Assembly (NCBI GenBank): GCA_964016885.1
Contig: OZ024741.1
Location: forward strand, 84,320,001 to 84,384,000
Source: Eledone cirrhosa
Taxonomy: Eukaryota
Direction of reading: 5' to 3'
DNA length: 64,000 nt
Both the position numbers and the translations under genes were made by a program. A model generated the notes under the pieces. That model had not been told where the DNA came from, did not search any database, and saw only the letters and a program-made list of their open reading frames with translations. Positions 29,255 to 42,080 of this stretch are shown piece by piece. How positions within the stretch are numbered: position 1 is the first letter of the stretch; each line of letters starts with the position of its first letter.

Positions 29255-29869
29255 GTAAGTATTAGCTTCTATGCCTCATTATAGAGTGTCTAAGCGATAC
29301 AAGTGTTTGGCAAACTCAGTCAGTTACGCGTGTGTTATATGATCGCAGCTTTAAAACTTCCAATCATGTATACGTATGTTTATTATGCAAAAGCATACAT
29401 AATATGCTTCAATATATGATTCCATTCGGATACACACAGTATATGTTCTACTGGTAACTATTATATATACACACACACATTCTTACACTCACATACACAC
29501 ACGTGTATACATGTGTGTGTATGTGCGTGCGCGCGGGTGCTTTTTGTATTTGTGTGTGTGAGGGGGAATCTAACATAAATCTTTTCTAATAAATTTGATG
29601 AAATATGGCTGGGCGTCTACTTTCTGAAATATGTGAAATTTGTCGTTACTTTGCCCTCTGTTCCTTTCTTCAGAAGCCGATGATTCTTTCATTCCTAAAG
29701 AGTTGCCAGCTTTCTCTTCAAATGAATAATTCATTTCACAAAAAAGTGACATATTTCTTTTCTCTCAGATACCAAGACTTTATAGATCTTTAGATATTTA
29801 GACAATGCATGAATACTTACACACGCACATGCATACATAGATACATACATACATACATACATACATACA

Positions 29870-29901
<32 letters not shown>

Positions 29902-30181
29902 CACATGGATACATATATAAATGCATACGCATATGCAGACATACATACGTACATGCATACACACATGCACACATATGCACACAGATACATACACTCACAT
30001 TTATACATTTATTTATATACACACACATAAAAAGATAGAAAGAGAGCACCTAGAATGGCATATAAAAATAGATGATATATGTGAATATAAAGCATTTATC
30101 TCTGCCTATATATCTATATACGTACACGTCCTCTAACATATCTACATTATGGAGATATATACACACGCATACACAGACACT

Positions 30182-30242
<61 letters not shown>

Positions 30243-30298
30243 GTGTATATATATCTATATATATATGTATGTATATATAATATATATATATATATAAT

Positions 30299-30332
<34 letters not shown>

Positions 30333-30344
30333 AATATATATATG

Positions 30345-30418
<74 letters not shown>

Positions 30419-30519
30419 AAATGTGCACACATATTTATAATGCAGACATGTTCAATGTTTGCCCCATTCAATTACGATGCGTGGATTGTAAATCACCTAT
30501 ATATACATATCCTTCTCTA

Positions 30520-31335
30520 TAATAATTGTTTCTACTTTTGGCACAAGGCCAGCAATACCCAGTGTATTACTGGTATTTTATTTTATCGACTCGTAAGGAT
30601 GAAAGGCAAAGTTAACCTCGACGGGATTTGAACTCAGACCATAAGGGGACGTAACTATGCTGGAAAGCATGGCGCCCGACCCTCTATCGATACTGCCAAT
30701 CCACCGCTCTCTATAATATTTGTTTCTACATTTGGTACAAGGCCAGCAATTATCCCAGTGCATAACTGGTGCTTTATTTTCTCGACCCCGTAAGGATGAA
30801 AGGCAAAGTTAACCTCAGGGTTTTTTTTAACTCAGAACGAAAAGGGCCATAACTCTATACTGCAAAGCATGGTGTCTGACACTCTACTGATACTGCCAAT
30901 TTTAATAATAATGGTTTATTATATAGACACAATTTGGGTGTGAGGGGAAAGTCGATTAATCTACACAAGTGCCTGACTGGTAATTTATTTCGTCGACCCC
31001 GTAAGGATGAAAGGCAAACTTTATTAGTTACGTGGGCGTTAACTTGGTCTTTCATAAAATAAAGTACCAGTCACGCACTGGGGTAGATTTAATCGAATTT
31101 CCCCTCCCCCAAAATTGCTGGCCTTGTGCCTATATATGAAACCATTATTATTATTATTGGTGGGTTGGCAGTATCAGTGGAGGGTCGGACGCCATGCTTT
31201 CCAGCATAGTTGCGTCCCTTTACGATCTGAGTTCAAATCCCGCCGAGGTTGACTTTGCCTTTCATCTGATAAAATAAAGTACCAGTAATGCACTGGGTAA
31301 TTGCTGGCCCTGTGCCTAAAGTAGAAACAATTATT
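30520..31335. mobile_element. Cluster of five Nin/Deu SINE copies (three minus, two plus)
   Basis: Consensus matches at ~30520-30710, ~30715-30900 and ~30910-31020 (-), and ~31055-31150 and ~31158-31335 (+). Confidence 0.88.
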
Positions 31336-31765
31336 ATTAATATTTTGCGCTTTATCACTGTATTACCGAGTGGAGCTCTGTGACCCTTCGGTATGTGCAG
31401 TGTGATTTTTGATGGTGTTTGTTCTATTGTATTGAGAGTACTCTTCGTAATATGTGCCTAATAGTGATCTTTTTGTATGTTGTATATATTTGTGAGGCCT
31501 GGAGATTTGGTTATGTATGTGTCTGCGTGCTTTTTTATCATTCCCAGTGGCCCTATACTTATAGGTTTTGTTTCTCTCTTCAACATCCACATTCGGGTTA
31601 TTTCTATCTCTAGAACTTATAGTATTTGTCTATAACGTATGGTCGGTTAACTTTGATCTCCCTGTCTGTATGTATTGGCATATCCCAGAGAATGGTTGCT
31701 TTGTCATTCTCTGATACCTTTTCTGATGTGTGTTTGTACCATCTTTTGTCTGTGGGCATATCTAT
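31335..31765 (-). mobile_element. R4/Dong-like LINE restriction-like endonuclease fragment
   Basis: Minus frame WYKHTSEKVSENDKATILWDMPIHTD followed by degenerate RPD/KY segments. Confidence 0.75.
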
Positions 31766-32139
31766 TATTATTATCGGCGATTGACTTATAAAGTTGTGCT
31801 ATTGCCCTCTCCGAAGCATTTGTTGTTTTAAGTTGTTTCGAATTGTTAGTTATGGAAAATTGTTGTTGTTAACTGTTGATAAGTTCATATATAGTGCGCT
31901 CTAAAAAGGACATTCCATAATATTGGACCGAAGATCCAAATATTTGAACTTATTTTTGTCAAAAATGTGGACGAAATACGTCCCCACTCAAGTTAAGCCA
32001 GCTGTCATCTAACTACAACCCAAACAATAACACCGCTACCACCACCACTCTTATGAACTGTGCTAACCATTACCAACACTACAGAGGGCATCGTTAACAA
32101 CACCAACAACAATAACCAACATTTATCACGTGCAGCAAC

Positions 32140-32650
32140 TCTCCCTTCAACATGTCCTTACTCAGAATAAGCACCATAAATTCAGGTGACTGGGGGCGTC
32201 ATGGAAGCGGGGTCACCTGCTTAACGACCTCAGGTCAATGAACATAGATGTGGTGGTCATCGGCGAGACAAAAATTTCGGTATAAACTTTACAGGCATGG
32301 AAGTGGTATTAGCCGGACATGCCCAAGTGCGCGCATGGTAACGAAACCGTTCTGCTCGCAATCTTCAAAGGTCTGAGCAATGATTGAGAGTGGCGTGCAT
32401 GGCCCAAGTGAATGAGCCTGCTTTGAGAATTAATCTGAAGATTGGAGGTGGAAAACTGGGAGAGAGAGGGCACTTGCACTTGTGGACAATGTTACTGTGG
32501 CTTTTTTGTGCGCTTCTTCCACGAGTGACCCTCGGAAGTTTTATTACATTCCTTTATTACATCCTTTTACTTTTTATACACACAGAAAGCCACATTTGTG
32601 CCATTCTGTACCGTCCTGTGCTTTCCTTAACGTATTTTTTGCATTATTAT
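32140..32650 (+). mobile_element. Internally deleted Tx1/L1-like LINE
   Basis: APE N-terminus KRGHLLNDLRSMNIDVVVIGETK joined to a C-terminal zinc-knuckle remnant (ETVLLAIF) and a T-rich 3' UTR. Confidence 0.55.
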
Positions 32651-32652
32651 AA

Positions 32653-33520
32653 GGGCGGTGGGTTGGCAGAATCGGTAGAGGGTCGGACGCCATGATTTCT
32701 AGCATAGTTACGTCCCTTTACAGTCTGAGTTCAAATCCCGCCGAGGTTGACTTTGCCTTTCATCCTTACAGGGTCGATAAAATAAAGTACCAGTAATGTA
32801 CTGGGCAATTGCTGGCCTTGTGCCTAAAGTAGAAACAATTATTACTATTAATTATTATTATTATTATGGTGGATTGGCAGTATCGGTAGGGGGTCGGACG
32901 CCATGCTTTGATGCATAGAGTTACGGCCCTTGCCATTCTGAGTTCAAATCCTACCGAGGTTAACTTTGCCTTTCATCCTTATGGGGTCGATAAAATAAAG
33001 TACCAGTAATACACTGGGTAATTGCTGGCCTTGTGCCAAAAGTAGAAACAATTATTATTATTATATCAGGGGTGGTGGATTGACAGTATCGTAGAGGGTC
33101 CGACACCATGCTTTGACGCATAGAGTTACGGCCCTTTATGATCTGAGTTCAAATCCTGCCGAGGTAAACTTTGGCTTTCATCCTTACGGGGTCAATAAAA
33201 TAAAGTACCAGTCACGCAATGGCGTCGATTTAATCTACTTTTCCCTCCCACCAAATTGTTCGCCTTGTGCCTATATAAGAAACCAACATTATTATTACTA
33301 TTAATTATTATTATTATTATATCAGGGGCGGTGGATTGGCAATATCGGAAGAGGTTCGGACACCATGCTTTGACGCATAGAGTTACGGCTCTTGCCTTTC
33401 TGAGTTCAAATCCCGACGAGGTTAACCTTACCTTTCAACTTTACGGGGTCGATAAAATAAAGTACCAGTAATGCACTGAGTAATTGCTGGCCTTGTGCCA
33501 AACGTAGAAACAATTATGAT
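32653..33520 (+). mobile_element. Four head-to-tail full-length Nin/Deu SINEs
   Basis: A box TGGCAG(A/T)ATCGG; B box GAGTTCAAATCC; core GCCTTTCATCCTTA.GGGGTCGATAAAATAAAGTACCAG; (ATT)n tails. Confidence 0.92.
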
Positions 33521-33937
33521 TATATCAATAATAATGTCATTAATATTTTTGACTTTCTACCCTATTCATGGTTTTCCTTTTATTTACCCCCTATACTAGT
33601 CTTCCATTTGATATTCAAATTCACAATTATTTCTATGTGGAATTTAATATTTTTCTTTGTATTAATATTGACGGTGATATGATAAAAATACAAAAAGCAA
33701 TATTCGTAGAGGACGGTTGCAAAAACAGGGAAAAAAACATTCGTCCAAAGATAAAGAAACATTAATATACGAATTAATAAAATTGATACATTTTGCCAGA
33801 CATACATATATAAATATATTTCTAGGTTTAATCTGTATGTGCAAATGAAGAATTGTATTTAGTGTAATATTGTTGATAATGTTTTAGGAATAGCCAGCCG
33901 AACGTAATAGATTCAGAGAAACGTGGCCTACACACGC

Positions 33938-33970
<33 letters not shown>

Positions 33971-33972
<2 letters not shown>

Positions 33973-34080
33973 AACGAGTAGGATCCCGACGGCTGGTCTC
34001 AAGCCGTTTCAACGGCTAATTCTGGACTGAATTAGCCGTCGAAACGGCTTGAGACCAGCCGTCGGGGTCCTACTCGTTCC
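33971..34080. repeat. ~52-bp-arm hairpin containing the 3' half of a hammerhead
   Basis: GGAACGAGTAGGA...CTAATTC-TGGACT-GAATTAG...TCCTACTCGTTCC; contains GAAA-CGGCT..AGCCG-TC. Confidence 0.85.
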
Positions 34081-34159
34081 TATTACCCACTCTATTACCC
34101 TAAGTATTGAGTACTTTGGTGCGTTATGGTCCACCTGGTTCCTTACCGCATTTCCTTCG

Positions 34160-34215
<56 letters not shown>

Positions 34216-35106
34216 GCGTGTATATATATACGCGTATATATATATGTATGTATTTTGTGTGTGTGTCATCATATATATGTTTACATGTATGTAAGTACGT
34301 ATGTCAGATCGCTCTTCAGCGCTACTGGTAACATCTAACCCAGTACAACCTGTGCATGGTTGGGTCTTCGGTGAGTAAACCAGCTACTCCACCAAGCTTG
34401 CTTGATGCGGAGGTTGATCTTGGACACCTTAGGGGATAAAAAACAAAACCCGTTAAATGAGAGGACTCAGGAGAGTCAATGGCCATCCAATAATTTGTTA
34501 TTGTTTTTTTTTTTTGTTTTTTTTTTCTTATGTGGAGTGAGAGACTGCTAGTCTTCTTGGAGACATCTCTCTAGGAGAAGTTCACTATGATATAAACCCT
34601 GTGATTTCTTATGTATCCAATGATGTAAACCTTTTCTTCTTTTTGGGCAAATGCATTCGATGTTCAGAGAGTGGTATTGGCCCTGTGCAAAGCATTTCCT
34701 CACTTAAAAAAGCTTTAAGCACAGGCATCGCTTGATATGTGATATTGTGTGCGATGCATGGCATTGCTGGCCACAGGCAAGTCTCTAGCAAGACAAAAAA
34801 GCCACGTCCATGATGCTCGTGCTTAAGTATCAAGAAATAGCATTACTCGAAATCGAGTTGCAGCCGCAATGTCATGTATTAACATATATAAGTGCGTGAT
34901 TCATGGGTGCAGGCGGTAAATGCGTTCTACTTATGAATGATCATTCGCACGTGACATTTACTTCTGCCGACTTGTGGTGTCGAAGAGCCATTTCCCTCAG
35001 ATGAAGATGCTTGTATCTGCTCAGTTGATAAAAAGTACAAGCAACTGTAATTCTAAATCACCCTCAATAATACATTAATCTAATCAGCAGGGACCGATAC
35101 ATGGTG

Positions 35107-35186
<80 letters not shown>

Positions 35187-35207
35187 ACACACACACACAC
35201 ACATACA

Positions 35208-35243
<36 letters not shown>

Positions 35244-35977
35244 GGGAATATATATATATATATATATATATACGGAAGGAAATTGTTTCAAATTCATGCT
35301 ACACTGTTTCAATCTAATTTCCTATTTAGACTCTACGACTCTGCACATAATTAAAAAGCAGTAGACACCTTATTAATACAACTGCCAATACTGCTATACT
35401 ACACCGGCTAATGCTAACACTATTACTACTACTATCATAATACTACTACTAATATCTCTTCTTTTAGTAGTCTTCTAAATCATTTGTCAATATAACCCGT
35501 ACCCACACACATACTCGCCCACTTCGAAAACACACATACACACACAGAAATGCATATGGAGACACATATTTTCTATCTCACACTCAAACCTATGTACCCA
35601 TAGACGCATACAGAGGTAGATATTCAAGATAAACGTGAATTACATCAAAGAAGAATTTTTCGACTTTTTGCAACTCCAAAATAACTAATTACTTTGATGG
35701 AAACTTTTTTCGTTTTCTGTCTATGTGTATCAGTGAGTTATCGTGTATGTGTCTATGTGAGGTCAGTTGCGTGTGAATTCCTGTGTGTATATGTGTGAGT
35801 GACTGTGGTTTGTTTTATTTATGCACAACAGTTATGAAGTCAATGAATATATTTGTAATGTAGTGCAGCTAACATCAGGGCTGCAGATGTTTTAGTTTCA
35901 GTCGAAGAAATCTGTGTGTGTCAAATCGCAATTTGACACACACACACACACAGACACAGATACACATGCACACACAT

Positions 35978-36103
<126 letters not shown>

Positions 36104-36604
36104 TTCAAGTATAAGTAAGACAAACACTAAGAAGTAAAGACACAAAGCCTTAATAGATTCCCGCTTGAGAATGAAAACCGCAAAATGAATGAGTCAATGT
36201 ACCGGATATAAGTTCTTCGTCGCCAAAGAGCGAAGTTGGGAGGGAGAGTATCCTGGAAAATTGGAGTTTGGAACTTTCGGGAGAGATTATAGACAGTCAA
36301 ACAGTATCAATTTTGCAGCATGCGTTCCATGTCTGTCATCATTGTTTGTGGGAGATCGGAATAAAAATATAAATATATCTCCATTTTGTTGTTAATATAT
36401 ATTAGGGGTACAACTAACTTAAGGTGTATATGGAAGCAGATGTCATGCGTTTATATGCATAAACATATAAAGGTCTCCCTAAAAAGATTTTAGGCACTGC
36501 TATCTCAGTGGTCATATTAGAACGCTAGACGCTAACGTCTACACACTCGGTACTAAGGAAAGTATAATCTACAGCTTATACATGTTAGCTTATAAAATAA
36601 CATT

Positions 36605-36645
<41 letters not shown>

Positions 36646-36780
36646 GGGGGGGCTGTATCCGGGCAGTATGAAGTGAGTGATTGTCAAATAATCCAAATTT
36701 ATTAGGCCTCTGAAAATCTATTATATTGCGTAATGTTTTGAAACACCTGCCAGAATTGCGAATTATTATTAATACTAAAA

Positions 36781-36970
36781 GGGCGGTGAATTGGCAGTAT
36801 CGGTAGAGGGTCGGACGTCATGCTTTCTAGCATAGTTACGTCCCTTTATAGTCTGAGTTCAAATCCCGTCGAGGTTAACTTTGCCTTTCATCCTTATGGG
36901 GTCGATAAAATAAAGTACCAGTAATGTACTGGATAATTGCTGGCCTTGTGCCAAAGGTAGAAACAATTAT
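36781..36970 (+). mobile_element. Full-length Nin/Deu SINE
   Basis: A box, B box, core and tail as in 32653-33520. Confidence 0.9.
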
Positions 36971-37095
36971 TAATACTAATACTAATTAACTCACTCGATA
37001 TGCAAATTAGGCTGCTCAGCCGTTAATATGGATAAATTGAAGTGAAACAACTGGTGCGTGTGTTTCTTATTGGCAACATGACCCTCCAAAAGTAT

Positions 37096-37159
<64 letters not shown>

Positions 37160-37380
37160 ATTAGAAAAGGGAAGTGAAGTTCTATACAAAACAGTGGGTA
37201 TAGAGAAAACATGATGTTGGAAATAGCACGGGAGATATATTTAAGGGTTTGTTTTTCTTTTTTGATTCGTGAAAGTAACATTATTGAAAAGATAGTGTCA
37301 TTAAAAAGATAATGTTATTAAAAAAAGGGAGGAACAATTCTTTTTTGAAATATTTTTATGAAGTATATGAGTGTATGAGA

Positions 37381-37423
37381 AAATTACCGGTTTCGATGTA
37401 TTAAGATCCATCTTGTCAAATTC
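37381..37423 (-). ncRNA. Degenerate minimal hammerhead
   Basis: GAAT-TTGACAA-GATG..CATC-GAAA-CCGG-TA-ATTT; two core substitutions. Confidence 0.45.
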
Positions 37424-37784
37424 CGTGAAAAAAGTTAATTAAAAAGGGTTGGAAGGAATAAAAAAGGTTTAAAATTAAAATCAAAATCGAATGTTTGAGT
37501 AAAATTTCTTCCATCATGCTTTCTGAAAACTTGGCAGGGATTGAGGCCAAATTGTTTTGTTGGTGTGAGAAATGTGCTTTGACTGTATTGTTTCATCTAG
37601 TGGTCAATAGTTCAAAAGGGGATAGGGGGCCGTAGGGGCTGACTACTGTGGTAGGTTGGGATGTGTACATAACCCCTCCTACACACATGTATAGAGAGAG
37701 TGTGAGGGTGTATATACAAGAGTACACACATGTGAGTATGTGCGCATATGTATGCATAAATATGTGTGCGTATATATGTGTGGG

Positions 37785-38370
37785 GTTGTTGTGTGTGTGT
37801 GTGTTTTTACAGTTTGTCTGTTAAAGCCACCTTTGTAGAGGGGAATTAAGAAAAAATTATTTTCTTTCCAAAATTCAGAAAATTGGCAAAAGTTAAGAGC
37901 TGAAATTCAAAGGATTCGCAGAATCCAAAATTTTCAAAATTAAAGAAGTTAAGAGATTTAAGAGAACTCTTCCAAAAAACTTCAAAAAGTACCTTCAAAG
38001 GAAACTTTCAAAAATCTTTCTCTCCAAAAAATCATTCTCTAAAAGAAATTTTAAAAAGATCTTAAAAAATCTTTTCAAATACGAGACAAAGTGCGTGTAT
38101 ATGTAAATTATAAATGAATGAGTAAATAAATAAATATATACACAGAGGGAATTAAGCAACATTTTTTCTACAAAATTCCGAAAATTGTGTGTGTGTGTTT
38201 TTACAGTTTGTCTGTTAAAGTTACTTTTGTAGAGGGGAACAAAGAAAAAATTATTTTCTCTCCAAAATTCAGAAAATTGGCAAAATTAGGAACTGAAATC
38301 CAAAGGATTCCCAGAATCATAAAATTTAAAAATTAAAGAAGTTAAGAGAGTTAAGGGAACTCTTCCAAAA
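37785..38370. repeat. Local direct duplication, period about 400 bp
   Basis: GTTTTTACAGTTTGTCTGTTAAAG...GAACTCTTCCAAAA occurs at ~37803 and ~38197. Confidence 0.85.
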
Positions 38371-39730
38371 GGATATTAGTGGCTAGATTAGATGAGAATG
38401 GGGGGTTAAGCCAGGTGATATTTCTAGGCCTATTCCTTCTAGGGGTTCTAGTGGAGTTGGTAGAAGCCTTCATAGGGTTATTATTACCTGAGTATTTGTT
38501 ATTTGTCATCACATTGCTCATTCCTATTCTAGGGTTGATTTTTAGTTTGCTACTTGGAGTGGGAAGCAGGCCACTGCCACCATTAAGATTCCCTGTATAA
38601 GTGCTGTTACTGCTAAAATTCCGGCGAATCTGGCTATATGCTAAGGTATTTCTAGTTCTAATGTTAAACAACCCTCTCACTAACCGCAGAAGTAACTGCA
38701 ACTGCCGTTACCCTAATGCATGCCAACTAAATGGACATTGCCTGACACCCAATATAGTTTATAGGTGCACGGTTAAAACTGCTTCGCATACCAGCTCCTA
38801 TATCGCGTCTACCTCTAACTCTTTTAAGGTACGCTATAACGCGCACTCTTTTTCCTTCCGAGACCCTAACACGAGATGTTCGACATCTCTAACTAGGCTC
38901 ATTAAAAACCTTAAATTAACCAACATTGAACACTCACTAACATGGGATATCTTGGTTAGGGCCGAACCGTTCAATAGACGAAGAAAATCTTGTGACCTCT
39001 GTCTTACCGAAGCATATTACATAAATCTATCACGACCTCTACCGAATAACGATAGAACGGAGGTAACTATTAGCTGTCAACGTCGAAGGGCTAATTCCTT
39101 CGCCAACAGAATATTTGACCCAACATAGTCATCTAGCACCATTTTTGCTTGTAGTTAATAAGTTAAATAGTTATAGCTAACTTAGATAATTATAAGTTAC
39201 CTCCCTTACATTGTCTCTCAATTAAAAAATTAGCACTTAACTATAAACTACCCACAATTTCTAATCTGTCGAGGAGTTACTTCCCCTGAAACAACCCTCT
39301 AATTAGTAAGGTAAATATGTCCATTGACCGCCATCTTGTTACCCATAGGCAGATCTCACACAATGCAGCCTCGATAGAAGAATACTGCTCGACTATGGCA
39401 GACAATTGATATACCCAGGACACCATAGTGAAATACCAATATATGGAACATTACATTTATCTAACATTCTTTCCTTATTTTAATTTATATTCCTTTTGAA
39501 GTTCCGATGAGCTGCTCTATTTTCACCTATGTTAATTATTTTCAACGGAACCAGATCAATAATGATCTATAATCATTTATCCAGAAATATTATATGGCGT
39601 AGCGAAACATTTGTAAACGGACATTATTATTATTAATATTATTATTATTATTCTCTACATTCCTTACATCAAACTAAACTATGTTGACAATCTTTTAATA
39701 ATGTCTTCCTTGTGAAATTTGTGGTCTTGT
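38366..39730 (+). mobile_element. Penelope-like 3' fragment with 5' inversion
   Basis: GIY-YIG CNCRYPNACQLNGHCL...IVYRC...YIASTSNSFKVRYNAH on plus; the upstream linker RNITWLNPPFSSNLATN lies on minus (38366-38660); HHR-like motif at 39501-39618. Confidence 0.9.
39501..39618 (+). ncRNA. Hammerhead-like motif with CCGATGA core and long stem II
   Basis: GTT-CCGATGA-GCTGC...GTAGC-GAAA-CATTTG-TA-AAC. Confidence 0.55.
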
Positions 39731-39924
39731 TTGCTTAACTAATGAATATTTCCAGCTCTGTGCACCTGACTTCTGCATGAACCCAGCCACCTAGCTGCCT
39801 TCCACTGCATATTGCACATTGAGCACATGCCTTTACGTTTTGGCTTCTAACTAATTCACCAATCTCTCCTCTCCTATCTCCTCTCCTATCCCCATCTCTC
39901 TCTTTAAGATTGGTTACTCTTGAA

Positions 39925-39989
<65 letters not shown>

Positions 39990-40117
39990 TACATACATGC
40001 ATACATATATATATATAAAAGGTGGTGCCCCAGCATGTTCTCAGCCGGATGGCTGGAACAGTTAAAAGAGTAAAAAAGAATATATATATATATATATATT
40101 AAAATAACAGACTAAAG

Positions 40118-40163
40118 TTTAAGCAAAGAATCGCTGCTTTCACCTTAACGGGATCTTCTGAAA
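40118..40163 (-). ncRNA. Degenerate hammerhead between (TA)n tracts
   Basis: TTT-CAGAAGA-T.CC.CGTTAA.GG.T-GAAA-GCA..TGC-TT-AAA. Confidence 0.5.
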
Positions 40164-40289
40164 TATATATATATATATACATACAAACCTTATGAAGCCT
40201 TCTTTGAATGTTTTTTCTTTGTATTTATTATTAAAATGTATATATACATATATATGTTTTCATACTTAACTCTACTTAGTAGCAAGCTT

Positions 40290-42080
40290 AAACTAACTGA
40301 ATAATATAAAGCTACCCTAGCCAGGAAACACCATACAAAATGGAATTACTAGATTATGGAGGCCATTACATTTAACAATACATACCGTTGATTACAAGTA
40401 TAATCCTCCACCGACTACATGTCTAATCTCCAAAAAACACCAATGTATCACCTATAATAAATCTAAACGAAATGTACACCCCACGAAAGAAATACAATAA
40501 TGTTATACATGTTGTTAAAACAAACCCACTATATCCATACTAAGTAGACGAAATTCATTATACTAAAATCGCTTTGAAGATATGTTGTCTGCTGCAATGT
40601 GGCTACCAGATCAGTTAGCACCATATACCTACCATCGCACTTAATCATATTAACTACCAGAACCTTATGCACGCAACTATCATAGTCGATGGGTGTTGTC
40701 CATGCGACCCACACGAAACTGATTCAATCAAAATCAACCCATTAATACAATAAGAAATGAATATTAAAGATTAAACAAAATATAACCAAGACATAACAGA
40801 ATTAAGTATTAACCATTATATTCAGATTTAGGACTTAAGTTAAACAGATTGAAACATACAATTATAGAAGTTGTCCGATGTTGGAACCCACAAATCACAG
40901 CTCAAAATACGTTACAAGTCACCATTCAACACAAGAATTTAAAATTTAGTCTTAACAATTAAATCAAAATTGTACACAATGTAACGTAAAATTAGTTTTC
41001 AGATTACTTTCGCAAGACGAAAAGGCAGGTTCCCCTCTACCAACGGATGCAATTAAAAAACAGAGGTAGTGAACGCAATGCTCTAATTCATTGAGATTTA
41101 AGAAAATGGACTATTCATGTATTTCAAGGAGCAACCTAGTTACACGGGGTGGTTCTTGAATCGCACGGAATGCTACGACAAAGGCACACCTGTCTGTAGA
41201 ATGCTCAACCATTTACAAAATAATCGTACGTGCAGATTGTTTCGTGATCAAATTAATGGAACACGCACATAGTAAGCGATAGTTGTCCAACACCGAAAAT
41301 ATATCCCGGATAGAGAGGTAGAGTTGATGAAAATATTAAGCATTAGCCCAAAGCGGTTGACATTGAAATCTATGTTTCGATAAGACTACACAAGTTACAG
41401 ATTGAAACTTTTAGCTAAAGAACTACATGTATATAATGAACTAGATTACATTAAAATATATAATAGAATATAATGTGACAAGGTTGGGAAAGGCTAGATG
41501 GGTACAATGAAATAAAGTGTTATTATTACGGACGCAATATGCCTTCTTTCCAGTGGATGGAACTCTCGATTATACAATAGAGTGGGAAGCACCCTAACCA
41601 GTATGCCACACCAGTTCACTATACACAAATATACGCAAGTATACGCAAATGCAAATAAATATGATAAAGAGAAAAAAAAAGAGTAGCAATTGGCCAAAGA
41701 AAAAAACATCTCATTTGTTAAGAATAGGTCAAACGTAACTTGCAGATAAAGTCCACACGAATTGGTAGGAACGTAGTTTTCAGCGATAAAGTGGAAATCT
41801 CTTGTGGCAACTTACATCTAAGTGAAACTGCAGATTTCTCTGTTACTTCGTGACCAGAAAGATTAGCTGTATGATGATTACTTCCCTCAAAGTAAAGAAG
41901 GAAAAAAATTCGATATATATAAAAAAGAAACCGTTATATCTAATCTGTCTTATAGATTTGTTCAACTCACTTTTACAAATAATGTACGTACAATTAAAAA
42001 AAGCAATGCAAAAACAATGCAAGAAAAATCTTTCTGAATGTCACTTTTTTCGCTTTATTATAGAAGACTTCAAGTAAGTT
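40290..42080 (+). pseudogene. Decayed glycoprotein-like region of candidate endogenous viral element
   Basis: Microsatellite-free broken frames with Cys and N-glycosylation sequons (WFLNRTECYDKGTPVCRMLNHLQNNRTCRLFRDQINGT), ending in a hydrophobic stretch plus basic tail (LYLICLIDLFNSLLQIMYVQLKKAMQKQCKK). Confidence 0.4.

Noticed and set aside
32653-33520. Regular repeat array as CRISPR-like
   Set aside because: Units are ~200-bp tRNA-derived SINEs without unique spacers, in eukaryotic DNA.
34995-35065. CAGATGA-long hairpin-GTAA hammerhead-like arrangement
   Set aside because: Two core changes and no stem I pairing; too weak to call.
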